A stretch of DNA of 59,666 nt, from positions 1 through 59,666 of IMG/VR virus record IMGVR_UViG_3300034152_000748, one strand, 5' to 3'. The first letter of the stretch is position 1. Each line of letters begins with the position of its first letter. This DNA comes from a virus. Taxonomy: Duplodnaviria > Caudoviricetes. The notes under the pieces were generated by a model that had not been told where the DNA came from, ran no database searches, and worked only from the letters and a program-made list of their open reading frames with translations. The position numbers and the translations under genes are program-made. Below are positions 1 through 9,928 of the stretch, piece by piece.

Positions 1-194
1 GGCCTTGGTTTATGTGTTAAATGTTATAAACAACAGTCCATTTCTGTCCATCGAGTATGACCTCAAGCTTAGGGTATGCCATTACCCCTCCTGAACCAGT
101 GCATATAGCAGCTCAGGCTGATAGACTTTTACCATCTACCACAGGTGCATTGATAAAGATGTTTTTTATAACATTTAACACATAAACCAAGGCC
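1..194. repeat. Perfect 30-bp inverted repeat (arms 1-30 and 165-194; left arm may continue beyond the window edge)
   Basis: 1-30 ggccttggtttatgtgttaaatgttataaa is the exact reverse complement of 165-194 tttataacatttaacacataaaccaaggcc. Confidence 0.9.
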
Positions 195-353
195 TACATG
201 TGGTAAAGAAATTGTACCACATTTAGTACATCCATCATAATCCATCGACCATCTATTTCCAGAAGTATAACTAGCTAGTCCTCTTCTATTATGACCACGT
301 ATATATTTATTATTAATCCTTACCAATTTTCCACATCCGCATTTACATAACAT
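129..353 (-). CDS. Cys-rich Zn-binding protein (CxCGC...GHN module typical of phage endonuclease N-termini), probably truncated
   Basis: MLCKCGCGK...KYIRGHN followed by CxxC...H...CxxC; ends shortly after the inverted-repeat arm. Confidence 0.5.
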   Translation of the reverse strand: MLCKCGCGKLVRINNKYIRGHNRRGLASYTSGNRWSMDYDGCTKCGTISLPHVGLGLCVKCYKKHLYQCTCGRW

Positions 354-411
354 TTTTTAACGCCTATCCAATTTATTATAATTAAACTTAAAACTCATTA
401 ATATAACTTAA

Positions 412-2004
412 CTAACTGTAATCATAGTACATTCTTTTGTTAATGGAACTATTTGCTCCTGTTTCGCTTGATCCTAATTTTATATTCATCCATATAGGAT
501 CACTCATTAAACCAACATTACCGATAGACTCAGAATTATCAGCGTCAGAAACCACACTTAAATTATCTTCAGTAGAATGCAAATAAGTCGGAGGGGTGTC
601 GCTGTCTATGTCTGCCGCGGCTATATTTGGATACCACTCAACCCCATTGGTTGGAGAAGTTCCTGCAGTATTAGACGGCCCGACCGTTCCGAATCTAAAT
701 TTAGTATCGTTATTGCCTGAATTGTGATGACTAAAACTACCGTGAGACTGTAACCCAAATTTAACAGTAGACATTTCAACAGCTCCTGAATATATTTCAA
801 ACATTACACACTTTACATCAGACTCCGTTGACACAGTCACATTCCCATAACTAATAGTACTTATATCATATGCAGAAGGGGCTGGGGCGGAGCACATTAC
901 TTTAAATTCATCTCCGGCACCCAAAGTTCCGGAATCAAATTTTATATACAATCCCCTAGAACCCAATCTAGTATAGGCAGTGTCAGATTGAATGGGACTA
1001 CTGTTATTGTCTCCTCTATCAGACGCCCAGGTGTAGTATGCAGTACCAACAGCTGCGGAAGCATTTGTCCCTTCTGCGTAATCTGGTTTATAACATACAA
1101 TAGTCCAAGCAGGGCTGCACGTGTTAAACACCGCGTCGCTAAACTTAACCATAAGCCCATAAGCACCTACATAATGCCAACAATCAGGATACAACAATTC
1201 AGTTGAAACCGTGCTATCATCTCCGGCAGTTGAAGTCCACGACATTGTTGGAACGTTTCCAGTGCCAGCCCCCATGGTAGTGCCGTTGGTAACATCTATT
1301 GAAATGACGTATGTAATGTCTGCACTGGCATTAAAAACCCCACCGGTGGTAAAAGTGCCAGCATACGAATTCGTTCCTCCTTTGCTTGGCGTTCCTATTC
1401 CTCTCGTAGCCTCATGATCATTTGTTATGACTATTTTATAGCATTCGTCAAGAAAACCGTAATAAGTTCCTGAAACGGAAACGTTGCCAGCAAATGTGTA
1501 TGCACCACCACCAGGAAATTTAGCATCCAAACCACCCAACTCATACTTAGATCCCCAACCCAAAGTAGGGCCTACGTCATTGGTTCCGCTGGACACGACA
1601 ACAGCGGCTCCAGAACCTAAATCACCAGAATAAATTTTAAACCTAAAACCAAAGTCATCATAATCGCTGGCATTGTTTAACCTATAAGCATTCTCCCACC
1701 TACAAATGGCATTTTTCCATTTTTCATCTGTTTTGCCAGCTATGTTGTGCAATTTTTCAGTAATGTCTTTCGCTATGAATCTTGGATCTAAATTGCTACC
1801 AGAATACAAAGTAATGTAAGGCGCGCTTTCTCCGCCTATGCTTAAATGCAATCTGTTAGCGTTAGCCCCTATTGTGAATGTGTCGGAGACTGCTGCGGTG
1901 CCTATGCTATAAGCCCTTGTCCCTTTACATCCATTGTCTCCATCGCCCGCGACCCCACACGCCGACGTGGAATACTGTACCCATCTTGTTGAAGCAGCGC
2001 ACAT
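412..2004 (-). CDS. Putative virion structural protein (Gly/Ser/Thr-rich, beta-rich), 530 aa
   Basis: Long ORF, AAGGAGG RBS upstream, composition and position in the structural operon. Confidence 0.6.
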   Translation of the reverse strand: MCAASTRWVQYSTSACGVAGDGDNGCKGTRAYSIGTAAVSDTFTIGANANRLHLSIGGESAPYITLYSGSNLDPRFIAKDITEKLHNIAGKTDEKWKNAICRWENAYRLNNASDYDDFGFRFKIYSGDLGSGAAVVVSSGTNDVGPTLGWGSKYELGGLDAKFPGGGAYTFAGNVSVSGTYYGFLDECYKIVITNDHEATRGIGTPSKGGTNSYAGTFTTGGVFNASADITYVISIDVTNGTTMGAGTGNVPTMSWTSTAGDDSTVSTELLYPDCWHYVGAYGLMVKFSDAVFNTCSPAWTIVCYKPDYAEGTNASAAVGTAYYTWASDRGDNNSSPIQSDTAYTRLGSRGLYIKFDSGTLGAGDEFKVMCSAPAPSAYDISTISYGNVTVSTESDVKCVMFEIYSGAVEMSTVKFGLQSHGSFSHHNSGNNDTKFRFGTVGPSNTAGTSPTNGVEWYPNIAAADIDSDTPPTYLHSTEDNLSVVSDADNSESIGNVGLMSDPIWMNIKLGSSETGANSSINKRMYYDYS

Positions 2005-2026
2005 AACCTATACCTCCTTAACATTT

Positions 2027-2635
2027 CTAATCATTTGGATTTTCTACTGTAAAACTAAAACTAAAATCAGACAACTCGTTTCCATGATAATCACGCACCC
2101 CAGAAATGATTATAGTGTAAGTGCCATCATAAAAAAACGTCTTGCTCTGTGGAAAAATTGAAACCCCCAAATCAACGTATTCAACTGGATTTATTGACGC
2201 CCCCAAATCCTTTAGGGATAAATCTCTTGTAACAAAATAATAAGCGTCAGTTGACGTGTTTGAACAACGCGCCAAATTAGAAGCGCTCATCCAAATGTCT
2301 ATTTTGTTTCCAGGACCCCAGTCAACGTAATCATCAAAGTCAATGTCATAACCATACAACAAGCTGTATGACTCTTCTTCAACGTCTCCGTTCAAATTCT
2401 GAGCGTGAGCGACATACGTTAGATAACCGTCGCTATAAAAACCGCCTGGATCATAAAACATTCTTTGACCATCCACTATGCCAGAAAACGTAACTGGAAC
2501 TTGCTGTCCGTCAACCAAAAAATAACTGTTGGAAACGTCGATTCCATAAACATTGTCCGTTATATCAACCCAGGCAACAGCAGAAGCAGTTGTAAACGCT
2601 CCAGTTTCTAAGAAAAAGTTGCCTATGTTTAACAT
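2027..2635 (-). CDS. Ig-like domain structural protein, 202 aa
   Basis: DITDNVYGIDVSNSYFLVDG and YTIIISGVRDYHGNELSDFSFSFTV resemble SbsA/Big_5-type Ig strands also seen in the ORFs at 2666 and 7881. Confidence 0.55.
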   Translation of the reverse strand: MLNIGNFFLETGAFTTASAVAWVDITDNVYGIDVSNSYFLVDGQQVPVTFSGIVDGQRMFYDPGGFYSDGYLTYVAHAQNLNGDVEEESYSLLYGYDIDFDDYVDWGPGNKIDIWMSASNLARCSNTSTDAYYFVTRDLSLKDLGASINPVEYVDLGVSIFPQSKTFFYDGTYTIIISGVRDYHGNELSDFSFSFTVENPND

Positions 2636-2641
2636 CTTTTA

Positions 2642-2662
2642 CCTCTATTATACACAGTTACT
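2642..2662 (-). promoter_or_regulatory. Candidate phage promoter motif (TAAC-N7/8-ATAG)
   Basis: Minus strand AGTAACTGTGTATAATAGAGG; similar to the motifs at 12901 and 48633. Confidence 0.4.
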
Positions 2663-2665
2663 TTA

Positions 2666-5362
2666 CTAACCATGCCTATAAATTATTGGGGTTATGACTA
2701 AGTTGCGTCTTTTTCCTCCTATGTACACCACCAAGCTGTCAACGTCCACCCCGTTTCCAATTCCGTACACTTGAAAAGATATGTCTCTGTTGTATCTATA
2801 AACACCTCTGTTGCACAAACCGGGGGAATAGTTGTCTCTGTCAAACCACGGAGCAACACTGCTTATACAATAAAACCTCCAAGAATCCTGCAATAAATTT
2901 TCATTGTCTGACAAATCTCTTGCCATCACGGAAATTTCAATCACGTCCTCATAATTAAAATCATTTATAGGATCATAAGAAACATGATATCCTCCTGAAA
3001 CAGTGGTTGTGGAAAAACTATTTACCCCCCTGTGGTTGACAAACAACTCCAGAGTGCTTAAATCAACCCCAGTGCCTGTGTCTATTATGTCAAACTCTAT
3101 GTTGGCGTCTATTGGAACGTTATACTCTTCCCTAGACGGATCCTCGTTTATTATATATGGTTTATTGTAATCTTGAATGACTCTGAACCAATAATCCAAA
3201 ACTATTAAATTGGGCACGGGGGCAGTGTCGTATATTTCTATGTGAACGTACACCATGGCATTGTGATGAAATGTCCATGTGTTTATCCAGTTAAAGACTA
3301 CCCCATTTATCCCGCCTGCGTCAAAAGTCGTTACATCCCCATCGCTTGTTATGTCAACCCAACCCGAATCACCTGCATAAGAAACCTCTCTTATTTTAAA
3401 AACTAAAGTTGAAGGGTTCAAACTGGTTACAAAAGGCCTAAGCCTTATCCAAATTCGAGTGTTTACTGGATTCTTCTCCGACCAAAACTCGGGTATGGCG
3501 TCAGTGACAAAAGTGAATTGATCCAAATCAACAGTGTCTTTGTTGTTGTCGTCATCCAAATGCCTGCTGATGAGTACCTGATCCACATCCTTTATCCCCT
3601 CATAAGGGCCTTTTTGCTGGATGCGTTGCTCAATTGGGGTGTCGTCAAAACCTTGCATTATGAAAGCGTAAACTTCAGGATAATTTGGATCTTCAAAATC
3701 ATGAAAAAACGGTATAATAATCTGCCTTAACGACTGGTTCACGCTCTGCAATTGCCCAACCGAATCTACGCGTCCAAAATTTTCTACCCCAGACGCCAAA
3801 CAATGCAAATTGCCAACAGCGGAAAATTCCTTATCTTGAAACACCACTCCGGCCACTTCTGAAAATTCAGCGTACGACTGTATGTAAATTCCATCCCAAA
3901 CATACTGACTTCCAGTTTCCAAACTTGATCCATCCGCCCTAACCGTTATTTCATTCATTCCAGTGTAAGAATCTCCTGCTTCAAAATCCACTGTCACAAC
4001 CCCATTGGAGTCAGTCAAACCATATCCAGTGGGTGGATCAAAATCAGAATCTGGATCCCCTGATTTATAAAAATAAACGTTCTTGTTCAACAACCCTACA
4101 TTAAACTGATCCCTAACTATGGCCGTAAGAGTTATGTCGTCGCTGTTTAAAACCAAAGAACGTGGGTGACAATAAACAGTAACGCTCATAGTGTATGGAA
4201 CTACACTGTCTTTTTGATAATTATATGAACCCCACTCATATAAAGTCTTGTTTCCATCATCATCTCTTTTTACTGTTCTATCTTGCAATCTGTACAAAGC
4301 GTTTCCAAGAAAATCAATGTCATAGACAATTATATCAGTAACTTCATCAGGCTGCACATTGTTAAGAGTCTGTGATTTTAGCAAGGAATAATCATGATTA
4401 ACGTCAGAAGTCAACATGTTGTTGCTTCTAACAAACGACAACGCAGAATAAACCTCATTCCATGCAGAAGCGTCCACGCCTTTGTAAACTCCACTGACGT
4501 CATGCTCTATCAACGAACCTGAAGTAGTTGGATCCAACCTAAAAAGAGTTCCATAATCAGATAAATAATCACCTTCTTCTGTAACGTCACTCATGTCTTG
4601 TTCGGGATCGCTAAATAAAAACCAATCCTTAAACACTGTTACAGGATCGCCAGACAAATATTCATAACCCGTTGGGTTGACAAAATCTATCCCAGAAACA
4701 GTTAAATCATTTCCAGCCACCGAGATCACGCAAACATATTCTAAAGCCCCTGGATTATCCACGTCATTGCTTGGGCCCAACATCACAACGTCATGTTGTT
4801 CTATTCCAGAACTGTCAGAAACCGGAACAACCCCAGTTCCGCTGGCAGTGTTACTTGCAAAAGAAGTTTCAATGTTTTCCACAGACAATGAACGAGAGTT
4901 TATAAAATAATCTTCGTCGCTTCTTTTTATGACAGTGTCTTGTAGCTCAAGTCTTTGACTTGATTCGTTTGACTTCCATTTTCTAACTACGTTTGCGTAA
5001 TGGGAATAATCTTGACCAGATCCGCCACAAACAGGACAATTGTCATACTCATCAGTTCCAACAACGACCTCTTCCCCACAATTTTCACAATAAGCGGCCT
5101 CATAATTTTCCAAAGTAAAGAAGGTAAGCCCGTCACTTATTGTGTCAAGACCTGTTGGACCAACGTACACAAGAGATTTTATAGCCTCTATGTTCAATTC
5201 AACGACACCGGTTGGATAAAACGTGTAAGATCTAATCAAAGATCCGCTGTCGTTTTTCACATTCATTAAGGCTTCGGTACCGCTTGTGTCCACGCTGCAA
5301 CATGTTCCTGTTTGCGGACCGATGCAAAAATTAGATTCTTGAACTTCTATGTTTTCATACAT
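2666..5362 (-). CDS. Large acidic structural protein with invasin-type (Big_1) and further Ig-like domains, 898 aa; paralogue of the next two genes
   Basis: N-terminus MYENI; ITLTAIVRDQFNVGLLNKNVYF...GLTDSNGVVTVDF is Big_1-like; shares DN...IIVYD...YRLQ...W..YNYQ with the 5380 and 6643 ORFs. Confidence 0.7.
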   Translation of the reverse strand: MYENIEVQESNFCIGPQTGTCCSVDTSGTEALMNVKNDSGSLIRSYTFYPTGVVELNIEAIKSLVYVGPTGLDTISDGLTFFTLENYEAAYCENCGEEVVVGTDEYDNCPVCGGSGQDYSHYANVVRKWKSNESSQRLELQDTVIKRSDEDYFINSRSLSVENIETSFASNTASGTGVVPVSDSSGIEQHDVVMLGPSNDVDNPGALEYVCVISVAGNDLTVSGIDFVNPTGYEYLSGDPVTVFKDWFLFSDPEQDMSDVTEEGDYLSDYGTLFRLDPTTSGSLIEHDVSGVYKGVDASAWNEVYSALSFVRSNNMLTSDVNHDYSLLKSQTLNNVQPDEVTDIIVYDIDFLGNALYRLQDRTVKRDDDGNKTLYEWGSYNYQKDSVVPYTMSVTVYCHPRSLVLNSDDITLTAIVRDQFNVGLLNKNVYFYKSGDPDSDFDPPTGYGLTDSNGVVTVDFEAGDSYTGMNEITVRADGSSLETGSQYVWDGIYIQSYAEFSEVAGVVFQDKEFSAVGNLHCLASGVENFGRVDSVGQLQSVNQSLRQIIIPFFHDFEDPNYPEVYAFIMQGFDDTPIEQRIQQKGPYEGIKDVDQVLISRHLDDDNNKDTVDLDQFTFVTDAIPEFWSEKNPVNTRIWIRLRPFVTSLNPSTLVFKIREVSYAGDSGWVDITSDGDVTTFDAGGINGVVFNWINTWTFHHNAMVYVHIEIYDTAPVPNLIVLDYWFRVIQDYNKPYIINEDPSREEYNVPIDANIEFDIIDTGTGVDLSTLELFVNHRGVNSFSTTTVSGGYHVSYDPINDFNYEDVIEISVMARDLSDNENLLQDSWRFYCISSVAPWFDRDNYSPGLCNRGVYRYNRDISFQVYGIGNGVDVDSLVVYIGGKRRNLVITPIIYRHG

Positions 5363-5379
5363 TAAACCAAACCTTCCCT

Positions 5380-6633
5380 TTAATCATATTGTGTTACAAT
5401 GGCTTCTATTGTAACCGTCGCGGGAGTAATTCCTGCCACATAATAACTTTCTGAGACCCCAGAGGAGTCAGTGTAAACTTCTGTGTACAACATGTAACCA
5501 ACGCTGTCGTTGTCATAAAAACTCACCGGCTTTAACACAGAAGGCTGTGCGTATTGATCGTGCACAGAAGCCGTTATTTTTGATTTATTCATGCCCGTGG
5601 CCGGCAAAATAGTGGGGTAAGCCCCCACAGTTATAGAATCAATGAAGTTTCTTATAGGAGACATTTGATAATTGTAATTCGACCATGAATAGTCAGAACC
5701 ATAATACATGGCTTTTTTCTGCAACCTATAAACGCTCCCACCATAAACAACCAAATCATATATTGGGTAAACGTCAAAACCGTCCGAACTTAAATTGTCC
5801 ATAGTCATCACGCAATAAGTGGAAAAAGGATCTGAGTAAACATTTAAAAATTTTAAATTCGTCGCCTTAACGTAAATCAAAGAGTTTACGGTTCCAACAT
5901 GCGATATCTCAGTAGTCTTGGCAAACGTGCAAGCCAGCACGTTTTTGTATTCACTGTCAGCAAATTTCTCAATGTAATCTCCAGACTCAGAATCAAATTT
6001 ATACAAAGCCCCAGCATCCGCTTCCACGTTGTAATTATTGAACAACCAAATATATTTATTGAAATTAACCTTATCCCCACTTTCATAATCATACGCAGTT
6101 GGGGAAGACAACCCTATGTAATCCCCTCCTATGGAACCGGTGATAGTCACCTGTTCGTAATATCCGTTAGAATTTGGGCCCAAAGTAAAAACAGTTCCTG
6201 AAGTAACAATGTCGCAATCATCATAATAATGATTTACCCTAACGTAATTGCTGCCTCCTGAGACGTCAACGGAGAAAGACGTGTGATAATGTTCCAAAGT
6301 GAAAGCGTCAGAATCGTATCTATGGCCCGAACCGCTGTACGTTAAATTTATTTCATTTTCCAACTCGCAAAAATAATTGTTTATTCTCCATTTTTTTATC
6401 AACAAATCATAGTCAACACGATAACCGTCTTGCAAAGTCCAAAAATAAAAACCGTCGTACTCCAAACTTTTAACTGGCCTGTTGCCCAACGAATCTTTTA
6501 TCACGTACAAAAACACCCGTTCACCGTCAGAGGTTTTTTCTATTAAACAATTGGAAGTCCTGTCAAATTCATAGAAGTAACCATTTGCCACGGTCATGTG
6601 CGGATCTGAAACATTTATGTTTTCATAAGCCAT
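5380..6633 (-). CDS. Structural protein with C-terminal Big_1 Ig-like domain, 417 aa (paralogue)
   Basis: MAYENIN; YDSDAFTLEHYH; SKITASVHDQY...TDSSGVSESYYVAG. Confidence 0.7.
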   Translation of the reverse strand: MAYENINVSDPHMTVANGYFYEFDRTSNCLIEKTSDGERVFLYVIKDSLGNRPVKSLEYDGFYFWTLQDGYRVDYDLLIKKWRINNYFCELENEINLTYSGSGHRYDSDAFTLEHYHTSFSVDVSGGSNYVRVNHYYDDCDIVTSGTVFTLGPNSNGYYEQVTITGSIGGDYIGLSSPTAYDYESGDKVNFNKYIWLFNNYNVEADAGALYKFDSESGDYIEKFADSEYKNVLACTFAKTTEISHVGTVNSLIYVKATNLKFLNVYSDPFSTYCVMTMDNLSSDGFDVYPIYDLVVYGGSVYRLQKKAMYYGSDYSWSNYNYQMSPIRNFIDSITVGAYPTILPATGMNKSKITASVHDQYAQPSVLKPVSFYDNDSVGYMLYTEVYTDSSGVSESYYVAGITPATVTIEAIVTQYD

Positions 6634-6642
6634 TTTTAACCT

Positions 6643-7869
6643 CTATGATTGTTGCACAGTGGCAGTTATTGTCACTTGCCTAGCGTCTGTTCCAGAAGTG
6701 TACACAGTCGTAACTTGTCCTTCAGAATTGGTTCCCGGACTGGAAGGTGACAAACCTCCAACAGGGTCGTCTTCAGTGAAATTCACTGCTCGACCAGACA
6801 CAGGTTGTCTAAACTGATCCCTAACGGTAGCCGTTATAGTAGAAGTGCTAATTCCATTGGCGGCTATAACTCCAGGAGAAGCTGATATGGCAATGGAAGC
6901 AACAAAAGAGTGCAAAGCCCCCAATTGATAATTGTAATTGGTCCATGATTGAGGAGTTCCGTAATAAACAGCTTGGGTTTGCAGTCTATAAACGTTTTCT
7001 CCGTCAATGACCAAATCATAAACAACAATGACCGTGTTGTCGCTTTTCACGTTGTCCATAGCCATGGAACCGTAATATGACATGTCGGATATATTGACAA
7101 ACAACAAGTTGGACGCTTTCACATAACAAAGAGCCTCCACCTCCCCATAGTCGGTGAACACGTCCACCGAATGAAAAGTGGTTGACTTGACGTCCTTGAA
7201 TTCCCCTCCCTCAGTTTTGGACACATATGATCCGTCATAAGCGTCTATTTTGTACAACGCACCTGTTGAACTGTCAACTCCATCGTAATTGTTGAACAAC
7301 CACACGTAGTTGTAGAATTGAAAATCGTCGGCGTCAACGTAGTTGTAAGACGTGCCACTAACCAAAGTAACCCTGTCTGAATAAATGTTTTGAACCTGTC
7401 TGGTTTCAAATTCCCCATTTGTGTTTGGCCCCAAAGTAACTTCCATCCCAGCAGACAGTTGGGAAGTGAAATCATCATACACATACACAACGCTGGTTCC
7501 TGAAGAAGTGGTTCCGCTTATTGTTGAATGATAATGTTCAACCGTAAACGCGTCGGAATCGTACAAGTGCACCCCAGCCTCATACATGGTAAAAGTTTCT
7601 TTCAATTTGCATATGTAATTCTCTATTCGCCACCTGCGTATGTACGCTGTTTCGTCGTCACCTTCTTTCTCCAAAGTCCAAAAATTTACGCCGTCATGTT
7701 CAGTGCTGACTATCTCATGCTCCAACACAGTGTCCAATGGATATGAAAACGCCGTTGTTCCATCATCAGTCTTTTGAAACAACACGTCCCCGATCTCATC
7801 AAACGAATAAAAATAACCGCTGTAAAAAGTAAAATTTGGATTTTCCAAATTTATATTTTCATAAGACAT
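6643..7869 (-). CDS. Structural protein with C-terminal Big_1 Ig-like domain, 408 aa (paralogue)
   Basis: MSYENIN; YDSDAFTVEHYH; IAANGISTSTITATVRDQFRQPVSGRAVNF...TNSEGQVTTVYTSG is a clear invasin/intimin-type Ig repeat. Confidence 0.75.
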   Translation of the reverse strand: MSYENINLENPNFTFYSGYFYSFDEIGDVLFQKTDDGTTAFSYPLDTVLEHEIVSTEHDGVNFWTLEKEGDDETAYIRRWRIENYICKLKETFTMYEAGVHLYDSDAFTVEHYHSTISGTTSSGTSVVYVYDDFTSQLSAGMEVTLGPNTNGEFETRQVQNIYSDRVTLVSGTSYNYVDADDFQFYNYVWLFNNYDGVDSSTGALYKIDAYDGSYVSKTEGGEFKDVKSTTFHSVDVFTDYGEVEALCYVKASNLLFVNISDMSYYGSMAMDNVKSDNTVIVVYDLVIDGENVYRLQTQAVYYGTPQSWTNYNYQLGALHSFVASIAISASPGVIAANGISTSTITATVRDQFRQPVSGRAVNFTEDDPVGGLSPSSPGTNSEGQVTTVYTSGTDARQVTITATVQQS

Positions 7870-7880
7870 GTTAACGCTCC

Positions 7881-8384
7881 TTAATCATAAGTGTCATAAA
7901 CCCTGCGTTCAGGCAACCATTTTAACTTATAAACGTATGGGTCTCCAGTAATATCCACTTCAGAAGTTATATCAAATTCTTGCGCTCCGTTGTCAAAAGT
8001 CACTCTCATGTTGGAAAGATCCATGCCTGCGGAAGGCAAATCCTCCTTTAAAGTGACAAGCACTTGAGATCCGATTGACACGTCATTTCCTATTGGCGAA
8101 AACTCATGAACATACGGTGACTCCTTATCCAAAACAGTAGGAGTCCAGTCAATGTAAGAGGACAATTCAGACAACGCTTGTTCTATCGCCTCATCCAAAT
8201 CTTCAACGGAAACGTTGTGTATTTTCCTACTCATTTCCACCCCGCCGGTTCCAGAATGGGTGGTGCCAACGTCCAATGTCCAAAAGTGCTCTCCTTTCTC
8301 ACCCTTTATCACGAAATAACGCAAACTTATGTTGAACTTCACTGCCTTTGTGTAGTTTAAACTGTTTTTTACATACACTTCCAT
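7881..8384 (-). CDS. Structural protein with C-terminal Ig-like domain
   Basis: SPYVHEFSPIGNDVSIGSQVLVTLKEDLPSAGMDLSN parallels PYIINEDPSREEYNVPIDANIEFDIIDTGTGVDLST in the 898-aa protein; ATG at 8384 preferred over GTG at 8393. Confidence 0.55.
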   Translation of the reverse strand: MEVYVKNSLNYTKAVKFNISLRYFVIKGEKGEHFWTLDVGTTHSGTGGVEMSRKIHNVSVEDLDEAIEQALSELSSYIDWTPTVLDKESPYVHEFSPIGNDVSIGSQVLVTLKEDLPSAGMDLSNMRVTFDNGAQEFDITSEVDITGDPYVYKLKWLPERRVYDTYD

Positions 8385-8393
8385 AACGCACAC

Positions 8394-9347
8394 CTAAGAA
8401 CTAAAATCAAGTTCATTGATCATGTTCATCAAGCCCCATCTAACGACAGAGTCAATGTCAACGTGATAAGAATTTGGCTCAAAATCCGGATCGTTTTCTC
8501 TAATAAGTTGAACTTTGGCCACGTCAGACACGCTGTAATTGTGTTTAATTCCTTGATAACCATTGTTTCCAGAAGTACAAACCTTTATAGTCGTGTCCGT
8601 GGTTCCACTTATCGCTGTAAAATAATCACAGTTTGTTCCGTCAGTTATATAAAAACAACAACCCTCAGAAGCCCCCGAACCGGAATTAACCTTTAAATCT
8701 GAGGTGTTTGCAACATAAGATTCAGTAATCAAAACCTCTTTTAAAGACACTCCTGCCAAAATTTCGCTGGAAACATTTAAATTAAAACCCAAATTCTTAT
8801 AACAAGAATCAACTCCAGAAGAAGTGACGTAAACCGATGATTTGTCATCTCCTGTGTAATACCCTGATATGGAACCAGAAGTTATCACGAACTTACCGTC
8901 TTCAAAATCGACCAAAGCGTTCCTATAAGCAGATTCATAATCAGAATCAACCTCCTGCCAAGAAACGCTGTCAGGCACTGCTCTAATTTTGTTCTGCATG
9001 TCACTGGCTATTGAATCGCCAGTTATGTTGACTCCAGTGGTCAACTCAATGTAATAAACCGTATTGCTGTTGTCTATCTTTATGCCAAGAGTTCTGCTGG
9101 AGTTGTCAATTGTAAATCTCGTACCGGTGAAACCAGAGCTTTTTACCCACCCTGATTTAATGTTTCTAACGTAAACGTCGTCTATCTCAGTGTACAAAAC
9201 GTTGTCAGAATAACCTTCGGTTGAAAAAACAAGAACCCATTTTTCGTCACCTTCAGCGCGCGCAGGCACAATTGTCTGCAAATCCACGCTAACCGTTTTA
9301 GAATTGTTTGGATAATTTTCAATGTCATAAACAGTTACGTCTGGCAT
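8394..9347 (-). CDS. Putative structural protein, paralogue of 10409-11386
   Basis: Collinear similarity (NYP..KTVSVD, GWVKSSGF, AYRNA.V.FEDGKF, RWG...N..DFSS). Confidence 0.65.
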   Translation of the reverse strand: MPDVTVYDIENYPNNSKTVSVDLQTIVPARAEGDEKWVLVFSTEGYSDNVLYTEIDDVYVRNIKSGWVKSSGFTGTRFTIDNSSRTLGIKIDNSNTVYYIELTTGVNITGDSIASDMQNKIRAVPDSVSWQEVDSDYESAYRNALVDFEDGKFVITSGSISGYYTGDDKSSVYVTSSGVDSCYKNLGFNLNVSSEILAGVSLKEVLITESYVANTSDLKVNSGSGASEGCCFYITDGTNCDYFTAISGTTDTTIKVCTSGNNGYQGIKHNYSVSDVAKVQLIRENDPDFEPNSYHVDIDSVVRWGLMNMINELDFSS

Positions 9348-9349
9348 GT

Positions 9350-9928
9350 TTACCCTCGGCTTGTTTTTATAAATTCAACAATTCTGTCCTTGTTCTTTTC
9401 TTTAGACAACTCAATTTCATCTAATTTTTTATCCAAACCTTTGTCAACGTTAATCAATATTGCGGTCGGCCCTTTTAGATTGTCTATTATCTTCTTCATG
9501 TTGTCACGAGACTGTTTGTTCTTTAAATAATTTGTAAACTCATAATACACAAACCCCAAACCATACAACAACACTTTCATTGTTTTAACGTTGCTTCCAA
9601 CAGTTGGCAAATCAGTGTCATCTTGATAATACCCACTGTTAAACACAACGTAAAAAACATTTTTACATCCGCTGACAGCAATTTGTACCGCTGAACTAAG
9701 CTCAGAAATAAAACAAAAATCATCAACCAACACAAACACCCTGTTTTCAACGGCTACAGCCAACCCTAAAGCAGTTGAAGCCGCCAAATCCTCAGAATCA
9801 ATCATATAAAAATAACCGTCTCGATCATATTTATATGATTCCTTGCATATTCCTTTGCCTGCCAACACCACTACGTCATCGTCATTTAAACAATCTAAAA
9901 AATGTTCTATGGCTTTGTACCTTTTCAT
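9350..9928 (-). CDS. Sulfopyruvate/phosphonopyruvate decarboxylase beta-subunit-like (ComE-like) protein with degenerate TPP motif
   Basis: MKRYKAIE...DRDGYFYM..S..LAASTALGLA...RVFVL...VVFNSGYY..T..LPT follows the ComE pattern, but GDG is replaced by DDF and GSMG by DSED. Confidence 0.7.
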   Translation of the reverse strand: MKRYKAIEHFLDCLNDDDVVVLAGKGICKESYKYDRDGYFYMIDSEDLAASTALGLAVAVENRVFVLVDDFCFISELSSAVQIAVSGCKNVFYVVFNSGYYQDDTDLPTVGSNVKTMKVLLYGLGFVYYEFTNYLKNKQSRDNMKKIIDNLKGPTAILINVDKGLDKKLDEIELSKEKNKDRIVEFIKTSRG

